Source: Planctomycetota bacterium (lineage in GTDB: Bacteria; Planctomycetota; B15-G4). From it: DNA of 64,000 bases. This document shows, in pieces, positions 1-13,385 of this stretch (the stretch's first letter is position 1; every line of letters starts with the position of its first letter). The stretch spans positions 5,784 to 69,783 of the forward strand of contig JAJDER010000038.1 in NCBI GenBank assembly GCA_029259725.1. The letters are read 5' to 3'. The notes under the pieces were generated by a model. That model was not told where the DNA came from. It saw nothing but the letters and a program-made list of their open reading frames with translations, and ran no database searches. Both the position numbers and the translations under genes were made by a program.

Positions 1-596
1 CGGAAGCGCAGGCGGAAGAGTTCCACGCCTTCCTCGGCGTCCCGCGCCTCGCGCACGCCGCGGAAGGTGGACAGGCGCAGGGCGTAGGTCTGCTCGCTGC
101 CGTCGCCGGTCAGGGTCATGGCCGAGGTGCGCTGTTCGGGGATGAACCGGTCGTGGGCGGCGCGCCACTCCACCGAGAGCGCATCGACGTTCCGGACGGA
201 CAGGCGCAGGACCAGGGTGTGGTGGATCTCGGGATCGACGGAGAAGTCGAAGGGGCCGCGCAGGAGCAGCGGGCCGGGGCCTGTCAGCACGAGGCGCCCG
301 TCGGCGACCTCCGCGGTGCAGGCGGCTCCCGGGCGCCACGGTCCGGCGGCGGTGTCTTCGTCGGCGAGGGGCTCGGGCGTCTCGAACGTCCAGGTGTGGG
401 CCAGGGGCGGCCGTTCCGCCGTCGCCACGGGCGCGGTCCAGGTCGGGCGGCGGGCCGCGACCTCGTAGCGCGTCGGGATGCCGTCGTCGCCGCAGGACCC
501 CAGCAGCAGCGCCCACGCCAGGGTCGCCCAGGCCAGGGTCAGCGGTGGCAGGCGGGGCGGGGCGGTGGGCTGCGATCGGGTGCGCTCGGACGGCAT
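1..596 (-). CDS. Putative lipoprotein, truncated by the window edge; not in the ORF track
   Basis: Manual translation from ATG at 596: MPSERTRSQPTAPPRLPPLTLAWATLAWALLLGSCGDDG. Hydrophobic stretch plus LLGSC lipobox, open to position 1. TATGAT -10 box lies 6 nt upstream of the ATG. Confidence 0.65.
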   Translation of the reverse strand, partial: MPSERTRSQPTAPPRLPPLTLAWATLAWALLLGSCGDDGIPTRYEVAARRPTWTAPVATAERPPLAHTWTFETPEPLADEDTAAGPWRPGAACTAEVADGRLVLTGPGPLLLRGPFDFSVDPEIHHTLVLRLSVRNVDALSVEWRAAHDRFIPEQRTSAMTLTGDGSEQTYALRLSTFRGVREARDAEEGVELFRLRF

Positions 597-694
597 CGCG
601 GGATCATAGCGGGGAGCGGGAGCCGGAGCCCCGGTCGACGAGGGGCCCGGGGCTTCGGCACAATGCGCCGCTTCCCCCGTGAGGAGTTCATCCC

Positions 695-1693
695 GTGAGT
701 CCTGCACCCGTCCGCGTCGCCGTCACCGGCGCCGCCGGCCAGATCGGCTACGCCCTGCTGCCCCGCATCGCCTCCGGCCAGATGTTCGGCCCGGACACGC
801 CGGTCATCCTCAACCTGATCGAGCTGCCCATCGAGGCCGCCATGTCGGCGCTCCAGGGTGTCGGCATGGAGCTGGAAGACGGCGCGTACCCGCTGCTGCA
901 CGACCTGGTCATGACCAGCGACCTCGCCGAGGGCTTCGGGGACTGCGACTGGGCGCTGCTGGTGGGCTCGAAGCCACGTGGGCCCGGGATGGAGCGCAAC
1001 GACCTGATCAAGGAGAACGGGCCGATCTTCGTCGGGCAGGGCAAGGCCATCAACGACCATGCGCACAAGTCCTGCCGTGTCGCCGTGGTGGGCAACCCGT
1101 GCAACACCAACGCGCTGATCGCGATGCACAACGCGCCCGACCTGCCGCGCGAGAACTTCAGCGCCATGACGCGCCTGGACGAGAACCGCGCCAAGGCCCA
1201 GCTGTCGTGCAAGGCCCAGGCCTTCCCGATCACCGCGGTGACCAACGTCACGATCTGGGGCAACCACTCGGCCACCCAGTTCCCCGACTTCGAGAACGCG
1301 CGCATCCAGGGCAAGCCCGGGCGCGAGGCGATCGACGACCCCGAGTGGCTCGAGAACGGCTTCATCAAGACGGTGCAGCAGCGCGGCGCGGCGATCATCA
1401 AGGCACGCGGCAGCAGCTCGGCCTTCTCGGCGGCGAGCGCGCTGATCGACCACGTGGTCTCGCTGACCACCAAGACCCCCGACGGCGACAGCCACTCGGT
1501 CGCCGTCTGCTCCGACGGCAGCTACGGCGTGCCCGAGGGCCTGATCTCCAGCTTCCCGATCCTCGCCGACGGCGCCGGCGGGTACTCGATCCGGCAGGGT
1601 CTGCCGATCTCGGACTTCGCGCGCGCCAAGATCGACGCGTCCGTCGCCGAGCTGCAGGCCGAACGTGACGTCATCAAGGAGCTCCTCGGCTGA
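695..1693 (+). CDS. mdh: Malate dehydrogenase (type 2 / cytosolic-like MDH)
   Basis: [15 protein letters not shown] nucleotide-binding motif, [37 protein letters not shown]. Confidence 0.96.
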   Translation: MSPAPVRVAVTGAAGQIGYALLPRIASGQMFGPDTPVILNLIELPIEAAMSALQGVGMELEDGAYPLLHDLVMTSDLAEGFGDCDWALLVGSKPRGPGMERNDLIKENGPIFVGQGKAINDHAHKSCRVAVVGNPCNTNALIAMHNAPDLPRENFSAMTRLDENRAKAQLSCKAQAFPITAVTNVTIWGNHSATQFPDFENARIQGKPGREAIDDPEWLENGFIKTVQQRGAAIIKARGSSSAFSAASALIDHVVSLTTKTPDGDSHSVAVCSDGSYGVPEGLISSFPILADGAGGYSIRQGLPISDFARAKIDASVAELQAERDVIKELLG

Positions 1694-4455
1694 TGTCGAA
1701 GGTCCTCGACGCGATCGCCCGCAGGGCGATGATCCAGACGGCGGTGATGATCGACATCGCCAACAACCGTCCGGACGCTCTCAAGACGGATCCCAAGGTC
1801 GGCGGTCACCCCGCCGCGTGCAGCAGTTCCGCGCACATCCTGACCGCGCTGCACTGCGAGGTGCGCAACGCCCAGGACTTCCTGTGCTGCAAGCCCCACG
1901 CGGCGCCGATCGACCACGTGATCCAGGGCATGCTCGGCCTGCACCGGCGCCAGCCCGGCGCGGACTGGTTCACGCCCGAGGAGACCGAGGCGGTCCTGCA
2001 CAACCTGCGCAAGTTCTCCGAGGACGGGGAGCCGGTGCTGCAGAGCTACCACGCGCGCACGGACCCGGATTCGTTCCACTGGTTCCCGTCGGGCAGCGTT
2101 GGCATCCCGCCGGTGGTCAGCGTCTACATGTCGCTCGCGTACCGCTACGCGAAGGACCACAGCATGGAGCTGCCCGCGGTCCCGGACGACATGCACTTCT
2201 GGAGCCTGATCGGCGACAGCGAGTTCCGTGAGGGCTCGCTCATGGAGGTCATGCCCGACGCCGCCGAGCGCGAGCTGGCCAACGTCACCTGGATCATCGA
2301 CTACAACCGGCAGAACCTCGACGGCGCGCGCATGCCGAACAAGAAGGGGCTGTCGGGGACCGACGCCGATCGCATCGAGGCCATGGCCCGCGCCAACGGC
2401 TGGGACGTGATCCAGGTGCGGCACGGGCGGCGGCGGCTGGAGACCTTCCGGCGCCCCGGCGGCAAGGCGCTGCGCGAGGTGCTCGAGGGCGGCTTCACGG
2501 ACTACGAGATCCAGATGCACCTACTCCATCGCAAGATGGACGAGATGCGCGGTGCGCTGCTCGCGGCGGACCCGGCCTGCAGCCAGATCCTCGGCACGCT
2601 CGACGACACCGAACTCGAGGCGGTCATCACCGACCTGGGCGGCCACGACACCGAGGTGTTGGTCGAGGCCCTGCTCAAGAGCAAGTACGACACGGACCGC
2701 CCGACGATCATCGTCGCGCACACCGTGAAGGGCTGGGGCATGGACATGTACGCCGCGCCCGGCAACCACTCCGACCTGCTCAAGCAGGAGGAGCTCGACC
2801 GCCTCATCGCCGAGGACGGGATGGACGCCGAACGGCCCTTCGAGAACTTCGCCGCGGACAGCGAGGAGGGGGTCTACCTCGCCAAGCAGGGTGCTGAGCT
2901 GCGCGGGGGTATCGAGGAACTGCTCGACTGGCGCAAGCAGAACCGCGAGTGGGTGCGCGATCGCGTGAACGCCGAGGGTGGCGTGCCCAGCAGTCTGGAC
3001 ATCGACACGCGGCTGTTCCCCAAGGCCCACACCCAGTGGATGTGGGGGCAGTTGGCGACCAAGCTCGTGCGCATCGGGACCTCGGCCGAGATGCGGCGCA
3101 CCGAGGGCGAGGGCGCACCCGACCTGACCGAGAAGGAGAAGCAGTGGGAGGCGCCCGCCGACTTCCTGCTGACCATGTCGCCGGACGTGGGCACGAGCAC
3201 GCAGCTCAACCCGGTCATGAACGCGCGCATCTACGGCTCCACGGACGAGAGCGCCGCCGAGGCCCACGAGGTCGAGGTCGTCACCGGCCAGACCAAGCGG
3301 CGCCCGTCGCTGCTGCCCACGGCGGAGCCCTGGACGCGGCACATCCGGTTCGAGATCGCCGAGGCCAACGCGATGTCCGCCGTCGGGGCCTTCGGGATGA
3401 TGGGGCACTACGCCGGCATCCCGTTCTTCCCGATCATGACGGTGTACGACTTCTTCATCAAAAGGGCGCTCGATCAGCTCTACTACAACCTCTACTGGGG
3501 CAGCGAGTTCGTGATCCTGGGCACGCCCTCGGGCGTGACACTTTCCAGCGAGGGCGCGCAGCACTCCTGGAAGAGCGACATCCAGATCCCGAACCTGATC
3601 ACCTGGGAACCGATCTTCGCGGTCGAGGTGGACTGGATCCTGTCCGAGTCGATCCGCCGTCACTTCGACGACGAGAACGAGGGTCGCAAGGGCATCCTGA
3701 TCCGCGCCGTCACCCGCGCCGTCGAGCAGAAGGAGCTGGTCACGCGGTTGCGTCGTCATCCGCGCTTCCGCACCAACCCGAACGATCTCGACTCGGCGCC
3801 GCTGGAAGACGAGCTGCTCTTCGAGCAGGCGCGCAAGGACTGTCTCTCCGGCGCCTACCACCTGGTGGATTTCCGCGGGCAGCCCGACTACGAGCCGGGC
3901 GTGAACGTGGTCAACCTCTTCTGCATGGGCGCGCTGGCCCCCGAAGCGCTCGAGGCCTCCGACAAGCTGCGCGAGCAGGGGCTCTACGCGAACGTGATCG
4001 CGGTCAGCTCGCCGGACCTGCTGCTCGGCAACCTCGCCGCCGAGAACGACTTCCACCACCTGCGTCGCGGCCTCGGCCTCGACGCCAACCTGCACCTCGC
4101 GCCCACGGGCGCCGTCGACAACCGCGCCGAGCTGGTCACCATGGCTGGCCGCCGCGTTCCGGTGGTGTCGGTGCACGACGGTGAGGTCGGGCTGCTCGAC
4201 AACATCGGCTCGGTGCTCGGTGTGCGCCAGGAGGCCCTCGGCGTGCGCAAGTTCAGCAAGTGTGGGCGGCCCGATCAGGTCTACGGCTACCAGGGCATCG
4301 ACGCGAAGGGCGTCATGGCGGCCTGCGCCAAGGTGTTGTCCGAGACCGCGGTGGAGACGGTCGAGGTGTCGCGGCGCGCGCTGGATGAGCTGGCTGGACG
4401 GCCGGCGCCGGCGGTGGCGGATTGGCGGGAGCTGGTGGACGTCGACGAGGGCTGA
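1693..4455 (+). CDS. aceE: Divergent homodimeric AceE-type 2-oxoacid (pyruvate-like) dehydrogenase E1, TPP-dependent
   Basis: KVGGHPAACSS, GSVGIPP, GDSEFREGS...DYNRQNLD TPP-binding region, IVAHTVKGWG, GIAE-like FEIAEANAMS, SSEGAQH. TGATG overlap with the mdh stop. Confidence 0.75.
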   Translation: MSKVLDAIARRAMIQTAVMIDIANNRPDALKTDPKVGGHPAACSSSAHILTALHCEVRNAQDFLCCKPHAAPIDHVIQGMLGLHRRQPGADWFTPEETEAVLHNLRKFSEDGEPVLQSYHARTDPDSFHWFPSGSVGIPPVVSVYMSLAYRYAKDHSMELPAVPDDMHFWSLIGDSEFREGSLMEVMPDAAERELANVTWIIDYNRQNLDGARMPNKKGLSGTDADRIEAMARANGWDVIQVRHGRRRLETFRRPGGKALREVLEGGFTDYEIQMHLLHRKMDEMRGALLAADPACSQILGTLDDTELEAVITDLGGHDTEVLVEALLKSKYDTDRPTIIVAHTVKGWGMDMYAAPGNHSDLLKQEELDRLIAEDGMDAERPFENFAADSEEGVYLAKQGAELRGGIEELLDWRKQNREWVRDRVNAEGGVPSSLDIDTRLFPKAHTQWMWGQLATKLVRIGTSAEMRRTEGEGAPDLTEKEKQWEAPADFLLTMSPDVGTSTQLNPVMNARIYGSTDESAAEAHEVEVVTGQTKRRPSLLPTAEPWTRHIRFEIAEANAMSAVGAFGMMGHYAGIPFFPIMTVYDFFIKRALDQLYYNLYWGSEFVILGTPSGVTLSSEGAQHSWKSDIQIPNLITWEPIFAVEVDWILSESIRRHFDDENEGRKGILIRAVTRAVEQKELVTRLRRHPRFRTNPNDLDSAPLEDELLFEQARKDCLSGAYHLVDFRGQPDYEPGVNVVNLFCMGALAPEALEASDKLREQGLYANVIAVSSPDLLLGNLAAENDFHHLRRGLGLDANLHLAPTGAVDNRAELVTMAGRRVPVVSVHDGEVGLLDNIGSVLGVRQEALGVRKFSKCGRPDQVYGYQGIDAKGVMAACAKVLSETAVETVEVSRRALDELAGRPAPAVADWRELVDVDEG

Positions 4456-4498
4456 GGTTCCAGTTCAGGCGTCCGCCGCTCCGCGAGACCTGGTGCAC

Positions 4499-4639
4499 GC
4501 GTCCGCCGCTCCGCGAGTGGGACCCTCCACCGTGCTCACGACCCTACTCGGGACGGGCTGCGCCCGTCCCTGCGAATGGTCGCTCCGCTCGGTGGTGCCT
4601 CCCACTCGCTGCGCGGCTGGGCGTTGAGGCCGGGGGCTC
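4499..4639. repeat. Palindromic intergenic element, copy 1 (REP/MITE-like)
   Basis: 141-bp direct repeat of 4700-4840 with one mismatch. Nested inverted repeats GCGAGTGGGA/TCCCACTCGC, CCACCG/CGGTGG, CGACC/GGTCG and GGGACGGGC-TGC-GCCCGTCCC. A partial 5' end also sits at 4462-4482. Confidence 0.9.
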
Positions 4640-4699
4640 AGCGGGGCGGCGGGTGGCTGGTGCTCGGGACCTCGTCGCCTTCGTGAGATCGGAGTTCAG

Positions 4700-4840
4700 G
4701 CGTCCGCCGCTCCGAGAGTGGGACCCTCCACCGTGCTCACGACCCTACTCGGGACGGGCTGCGCCCGTCCCTGCGAATGGTCGCTCCGCTCGGTGGTGCC
4801 TCCCACTCGCTGCGCGGCTGGGCGTTGAGGCCGGGGGCTC
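4700..4840. repeat. Palindromic intergenic element, copy 2
   Basis: Near-identical to 4499-4639 (offset 201 bp). Confidence 0.9.
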
Positions 4841-5025
4841 GGCGCGGGTGCGGGCGGCTGGGCTCGTTGGTACGGGTGGGCCTGTCGGACTCGGCGCTTC
4901 TCCGTGCCCATGGTCCGCGGCCGTAGGCCGGATCGGGGCGGGCGGCACCTGTCCCTGCGGCGGGCGGGGTCTCGCGAGGGGGTAGGATCGGGCTTGGCGA
5001 GTCGCGGGGGTGCAAGGAGGACGTC

Positions 5026-6321
5026 ATGTCGAGATGGATGCTGGTGAGTGTGGCTGCGTTGCTGCTGGCGATGCCGCGGGTCTCGGCGCAGGAGACGCTG
5101 CGGGTGCCGCAGGACTTCGGGACGATCCAGGCGGCGATCACGGCGGCCGAGGACGGGGACACGATCCTCGTGTCGAAGGGGACCTACGCGCCGTTTTCCA
5201 TGACGGCGATGAGCGACGTGGAGATCCGCGGCAAGGGCAAGCCGGTGATCGACGCGCTGGCGCCCGTGGACGGCGGCGGCATCGGCGCGCTGCTCACGGC
5301 CGTGAGCGGGATCACGCTCAAGGGGCTCGTGTTCGTCCCGGGCTCGGCGGGCGTGTCGGTCGACGGTGGCACCGACGTGCTGATCGAGAAGTGCACCTTC
5401 GAGGACGGCCCCGGCGACGGCGTGTTCGCCACGGACGGGTCGGGCCTGACGGTCAGCAAGTGCAGGTTCCTCGGCCTCGGCGGCCACGGCGTGCGCGTCA
5501 TCGAGACCGATACCGTCACCGTGAGTCGTTGCCGGTTCGAGGACGTCGGCGCCGCCGCGATGCGACTCTCCGGCGGCTTCACGGACGGCGCGACGTCGAC
5601 CAGCGACGGGTGCCTGGTCGAGAAGAACCGCATCAAGACGGCGGTCGGGGACGGCCTGTGGCTCAACGGGGACGACGCGATCGTCACGAAGAACCGCTTC
5701 CAGGACGTCAACGACGGGTTCCAGACCGACGGCGAGAGCACCAACTGCTGCTTCGAGAAGAACAGCGTCCTGCGCCCGGGCTTCGATGGGTTCTTCATCA
5801 ACGGGGACATGATCGAGCTGACGCGGAACAAGGTCACCGACGCCGACGACGACAGCTACGACATCCGCGCGCCGAGCACGCTCGTGAAGAACCGCTCGCT
5901 CCGCGGTGGAGGTGACGGCTTCAACGTCGGCGTCGCGGGCACCGGCACCACGGCCGAGCTCAACAAGGCCGTGCAGGCCGGCGACGACGGCTTCGAGTTC
6001 GATGCGAGCGACTGCGTGGTCACGAAGAACAAGGCCGTCAAGTCGTCCGACGACGGTTTCCGGGTCGACGCGAGCAACGGCGTCGTGACGGGCAACGTGT
6101 CCACCAAGGCCGGCAACGCCGGCTTCCGCGTCAACGGCACGCCCAACGAGCTGACCGACAACCGCGCGGTCGGCAGCGCGAACGACGGGTTCCTGCTCTT
6201 CACCTCGGGCAACACCCTGACCGGCAACACCGGCAAGGGGAGCGGCGGGTTCGATGTGAGCGACTTCGCCGGTGGGAACACCTACGTCGACAACAACTTC
6301 AAGACCGAGAACCTGCCGTAG
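5026..6321 (+). CDS. Secreted right-handed parallel beta-helix repeat protein (pectin lyase-like / NosD-like fold)
   Basis: Signal peptide; TLRVPQDFGTIQAAITAAEDGDTILVSKGTY start motif; many GF-x-[IV] ... N repeats. AAGGAGG SD before the ATG. Confidence 0.8.
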   Translation: MSRWMLVSVAALLLAMPRVSAQETLRVPQDFGTIQAAITAAEDGDTILVSKGTYAPFSMTAMSDVEIRGKGKPVIDALAPVDGGGIGALLTAVSGITLKGLVFVPGSAGVSVDGGTDVLIEKCTFEDGPGDGVFATDGSGLTVSKCRFLGLGGHGVRVIETDTVTVSRCRFEDVGAAAMRLSGGFTDGATSTSDGCLVEKNRIKTAVGDGLWLNGDDAIVTKNRFQDVNDGFQTDGESTNCCFEKNSVLRPGFDGFFINGDMIELTRNKVTDADDDSYDIRAPSTLVKNRSLRGGGDGFNVGVAGTGTTAELNKAVQAGDDGFEFDASDCVVTKNKAVKSSDDGFRVDASNGVVTGNVSTKAGNAGFRVNGTPNELTDNRAVGSANDGFLLFTSGNTLTGNTGKGSGGFDVSDFAGGNTYVDNNFKTENLP

Positions 6322-6357
6322 CGCCGGTAGGGCCCGGGTGGTGCCGGCTCTGGGTCC

Positions 6358-6480
6358 AGGTGTCCGCCGCCTGTCGCACGGGACCCTCCGCCGTGCTCAC
6401 GACCCTACTCGGGACGGGCTTTGCCCGTCCCTGCGAACGGTCGCTCGGCTCGGCGGCGCCTCCCGTGCGACTGGCGGCTC
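6358..6480. repeat. Palindromic intergenic element, copy 3 (diverged)
   Basis: Ungapped alignment to 4501-4620 with an identical core and compensatory changes in the outer stems. Confidence 0.85.
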
Positions 6481-6587
6481 CCGCCTCGACGACATCGGCC
6501 GCGAGGCGGGGGGAGAGAGGGGGGCGTGGGCATCCGGGCAGGGGCATGGGCGGGGAGGCGTATGCTCGGGGGGCGAAGGAGCTTGGG

Positions 6588-8378
6588 ATGCGCTTGGTGT
6601 GGCGACTTCTGGTTTCGGTGGGTGTCCTGCTGGGTGTGGCGGGGCTGATCGGGCTCTTGGCGTTCGGGGAGGACTCCGATGCGGGGGGCGCGCCGGGCGC
6701 GGTGACGGCGGTCGAGCGGCCTCCGGTCGTGTTCGTGAGCGGCACGGTGGCCTGGGAGCACGGCGAGCCCGTCTCCGGAGCCAGGCTCGAGTTCCAGCTG
6801 ACGTCTCCGGATGACCGCCACGCCGTTCCGCTGCCCGCCGTCGGTGCGGTGGAGACCGATGACGAGGGCGCGTTCGTCGTCGAGCTTCCCGCGGACACGA
6901 TGCTGTACGTGGGGATCACCTCGGACGCGTTGGAGCTGCGCGAGGACCGCCGGCTCAAGACGTTCACGTCGGCCACGCAGCGCGTCGAGTACGTGCTGCC
7001 GTCGGCCTGCGTCTTGCGGGTCGCGGGTCTGTTTCCGCTCGTGGACGGATGGCCCGACGCCAAGGTGATCCTGATGGCGAAGGGCGAGGAGACCCCGCTC
7101 GGCCGCATCCTCCTGAAGGACTGGCTCGGCCGGTTCAGCGGGATCGCGATGGGAACGGTGGTGGGTGTCGTGCTCGTCGTCGGGGATCGGGCACCGCAGG
7201 CGTTCGCGCTCGCGCAGGACGTCGAGATCGTGGAGCGCGACCAGAGGATCCGGGTCGAGCTCCCGGAATCACTCGCCTCTCGACTGTTCGGCGAGCAGGC
7301 CGGGGTCGTGGCGAACGAGGCGGCGGTCGAACCGTGGACGTTCAGCTGGTCGCTGGTGGACCCGTCGGGTGCCGCTGTGGACGGCAGGTCCCTGGTCAGC
7401 TCCGGAGTGCTGGCGGACTCCGGCTACGTCGATGTCCGGCTCGTCGCGGCGGATGGCACGGAGGCCTCGCAGGACCAGCATCTGAGCTACTGGAACGCGG
7501 ACCTCGAGGGTGAGGTGACCGTGTCCCTCGCCGCACCGGTGGAGGTCGAACTCCGGATCGCCGGGCGGACGTTCCGCGAGGTCGGCGTCATGCCGGGTGA
7601 GTGGATCCGATTCATCCTGCACGAGCCCTTCGAGGCGGACCATCCCGTCACCGTCATCTACGAACCCGAGTCCGTCCCGGTCCTGATCATGGCCTTCGGC
7701 GAGGACGGTTCGCGGTATCTGAACGTGTCCGAGTCCGGTTCGCTGGAGGGACGCTACGCCGATGGGCGGTATGCCTACCACGCGGCGAGCGGCGATCCGG
7801 GCGTCTCGACGACGGGGACGTTCGTGGTGGATGCGTCCGCGGGCCCGGTGAGGGTGCCCATCGTCTTCTCGGAGTCGGCCTCGCTCTCAGGTCACCTGTT
7901 CCCCGCTCCGCCGGAGGGCGAGACCGCCACCGTCCAGGTCATGCGGCGGGGGGCGGTGGGCTTCATGCCGGTCCTTCAGGGTGAGGCGTCCGGCCTGGAT
8001 GGTCTCTTCGAGATCGCGGGGTTGGGGACGGGCGAACACGTCGTCACCGTCGCGTCCCGGCGGAAGGACCAGGTTCGCGTGGCCCACGTGGGCGTGGATC
8101 TGAAGGCCGGCTCCAACCGGGTCGACGTCGACAGGCCCTCCGATGCCGCGAGCGAGAAGCTGACGCTCGTGCTGGAGGGAGCCGAGGCCGCCCATGTCCG
8201 CGCGTTCGATGCCGAGGGCCGCCAGGTGACGTTCCTGATGTCCGAGGGCAAGCCGGTCACGCTCATCACGCCGTCGCCGGCCGTGTCCTACGTGGCGGTG
8301 ACGGCGGGGGAGATGTGGCGGACGGGGGAGATGACGCACGGCGAGGTGACCGGGGCGAAGCTGGTCCTCTCGTTCTGA
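6588..8378 (+). CDS. Membrane-anchored protein with carboxypeptidase-regulatory-like beta-sandwich domains
   Basis: AAGGAG SD then MRLVWRLLVSVGVLLGVAGLIGLLAF TM; VSGTV..GEPVSGA..TDDEGAF and LSG..DGLFEIAGL..GEH motifs. Confidence 0.55.
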   Translation: MRLVWRLLVSVGVLLGVAGLIGLLAFGEDSDAGGAPGAVTAVERPPVVFVSGTVAWEHGEPVSGARLEFQLTSPDDRHAVPLPAVGAVETDDEGAFVVELPADTMLYVGITSDALELREDRRLKTFTSATQRVEYVLPSACVLRVAGLFPLVDGWPDAKVILMAKGEETPLGRILLKDWLGRFSGIAMGTVVGVVLVVGDRAPQAFALAQDVEIVERDQRIRVELPESLASRLFGEQAGVVANEAAVEPWTFSWSLVDPSGAAVDGRSLVSSGVLADSGYVDVRLVAADGTEASQDQHLSYWNADLEGEVTVSLAAPVEVELRIAGRTFREVGVMPGEWIRFILHEPFEADHPVTVIYEPESVPVLIMAFGEDGSRYLNVSESGSLEGRYADGRYAYHAASGDPGVSTTGTFVVDASAGPVRVPIVFSESASLSGHLFPAPPEGETATVQVMRRGAVGFMPVLQGEASGLDGLFEIAGLGTGEHVVTVASRRKDQVRVAHVGVDLKAGSNRVDVDRPSDAASEKLTLVLEGAEAAHVRAFDAEGRQVTFLMSEGKPVTLITPSPAVSYVAVTAGEMWRTGEMTHGEVTGAKLVLSF

Positions 8379-8498
8379 GGCACCCTGTCGGGCATCACCG
8401 ACGCGGCAGGCATGCCCTGCGGAGAGCGGTGGCGTGCGGCGAGTCACGCCGACGCTGCCTGCTATCATCGGGCGCCCTCCCGCCTCGCCTGGCCCCGC

Positions 8499-11690
<3,192 letters not shown>

Positions 11691-11694
11691 GCTG

Positions 11695-13194
11695 ATGGGA
11701 ACCCACACACAGGACGACGACGTGACCTCGGCCCTCGATCGCCGCGCGTTCCTCCAGGCCGGGGCCTCGGTGGCGGGACTCTCGCTCCTGTCCGGGCTCG
11801 ACGCGGCCGGGCTGTTCCTCGGACGCGGGGCCGTCCCGGCGGGTCCGCTACCGCCGCCGCCGTCGCTGGGGAAGGCCAAGGCCTGCATCTTCCTGTTCAT
11901 GTTCGGCGGCCCGTCGCAGATGGACCTGTTCGACTACAAGCCGGAGCTGGAGCGCCTCGACGGCAAGACCGTCGAGCACGAATGGCGACGTCACCGCATG
12001 CGCACCGGCACGATCCTCGGGTCGCGGCGCACCTTCGCCCGTCACGGGGAGACGGGGCAGTGGTGTTCGGATGCCCTGCCGCACCTGGCCGGGCACATGG
12101 ACAAGCTGGCCGTGATCAAGAGCCTGCACACCGACTCGTTCGCGCACGGATCCGCCGTGCTGCAGATGAACAGCGGGCAGGTGTTGCAGGGGCATCCCTG
12201 CGTGGGCTCGTGGGCCACCTTCGGCATGGGCTCGGGCAACGCCGACCTGCCGTCGTTCGTGGTCATGCAGGACCCGCGCGGCGGGCCCATCTCCGGTCCG
12301 GCCAACTGGAGCAGCGGCTACATGCCGGCCGAGTACCAGGGGACGCTGTTCCGTTCGGCCGGCGATCCGGTGCTGGACCTCTCGGCCTCGCCCCGTGCGC
12401 GGTCTCGGGCCGGCATGACGCGCGGGATGGAACGGGCCCAGCTCGATCTGATCGGCGCCCTGAACGCTGAGCACGCGCGTCTTCGCCCCGACTCCGGGGA
12501 CCTCTCCGCTCGCGCGGCCAGCTACGAGCTCGCCTACCGGATGCAGGCCGCGGCTCCCGACGCGCTCGACCTCTCCCAGGAGGATGCGCGCACGCAAGCG
12601 CTGTACGCCCTCGGCGACCCGAAGCCGGACCACAAGCTCGCCGTCGGGCCCGCGGTGTTCGGGCGTCAGTGCCTGATCGCCCGGCGCCTCGTGGAGCGCG
12701 GCGTGCGCTTCGTGCAGATCTACCACGGCGGCGGTCACCAGCAGCAGACCTGGGATGCGCACCAGGGCGTCGAGGAGAACCTCACGATCCACGCGCCGGA
12801 GATCGACCGTCCGATCGCCGGGCTGCTGACCGACCTCGCGCAGCGTGGACTGCTCGAGGAGACCCTCGTGGTCTGGGGCGGGGAGTTCGGCCGGCAGCCG
12901 GTTGGCCAGCTGTCGGGCGCGGACCAGGTCGCCAACGTCCAGGGGCGCGATCACAACCCCAAGGCATTGACGATGTGGCTGGCCGGCGCCGGCATCCGCC
13001 CGGGCAGCTACGGCGAGACCGACGAGCTGGGATTCGAGGCCGCCGTGAACGCCCATCATCTGCGCGACTTCCACGCGACGGTGCTGCATGCGCTGGGGCT
13101 CGACCACCGGGTGCTGACCTACCGTCACGCCGGTCTCGACCGGAAGCTCACCGGGGTCATCGAGGCCCATCCGATCGCCGGCGTCCTCGCCTGA
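11695..13194 (+). CDS. DUF1501 domain protein (Tat-exported; typical partner of PSD1/PSD3 genes)
   Basis: DRRAFLQ Tat motif, CIFLFMFGGPSQMDLFDYKP, CLIARRLVERGVRFVQ, WDAH, ETLVVWGGEFGR, GRDHNP. Confidence 0.93.
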   Translation: MGTHTQDDDVTSALDRRAFLQAGASVAGLSLLSGLDAAGLFLGRGAVPAGPLPPPPSLGKAKACIFLFMFGGPSQMDLFDYKPELERLDGKTVEHEWRRHRMRTGTILGSRRTFARHGETGQWCSDALPHLAGHMDKLAVIKSLHTDSFAHGSAVLQMNSGQVLQGHPCVGSWATFGMGSGNADLPSFVVMQDPRGGPISGPANWSSGYMPAEYQGTLFRSAGDPVLDLSASPRARSRAGMTRGMERAQLDLIGALNAEHARLRPDSGDLSARAASYELAYRMQAAAPDALDLSQEDARTQALYALGDPKPDHKLAVGPAVFGRQCLIARRLVERGVRFVQIYHGGGHQQQTWDAHQGVEENLTIHAPEIDRPIAGLLTDLAQRGLLEETLVVWGGEFGRQPVGQLSGADQVANVQGRDHNPKALTMWLAGAGIRPGSYGETDELGFEAAVNAHHLRDFHATVLHALGLDHRVLTYRHAGLDRKLTGVIEAHPIAGVLA

Positions 13195-13385
13195 CAGGGG
13201 AGACCCCTGCAACACGCTCCTGATCGCCGGGAGCCGGTTGATCGGCTTTGGTCACGACGGGAACGAGGGACCCCCGGGCCCGGAGGATGCGGCTGAGGAG
13301 TACAATCCCCCCTCAAGGAGGCGGGCACCGCGCCACGGGACTCGAGACCCGGGGGTCAGGCACCGCCGCTGCGGTTGGGGAACCG

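Noticed and set aside
4462-4840. CRISPR array or rho-independent terminator call for the repeats
   Set aside because: Units are about 140 bp with no repeat-spacer periodicity and no cas genes; no U-tract follows the stems
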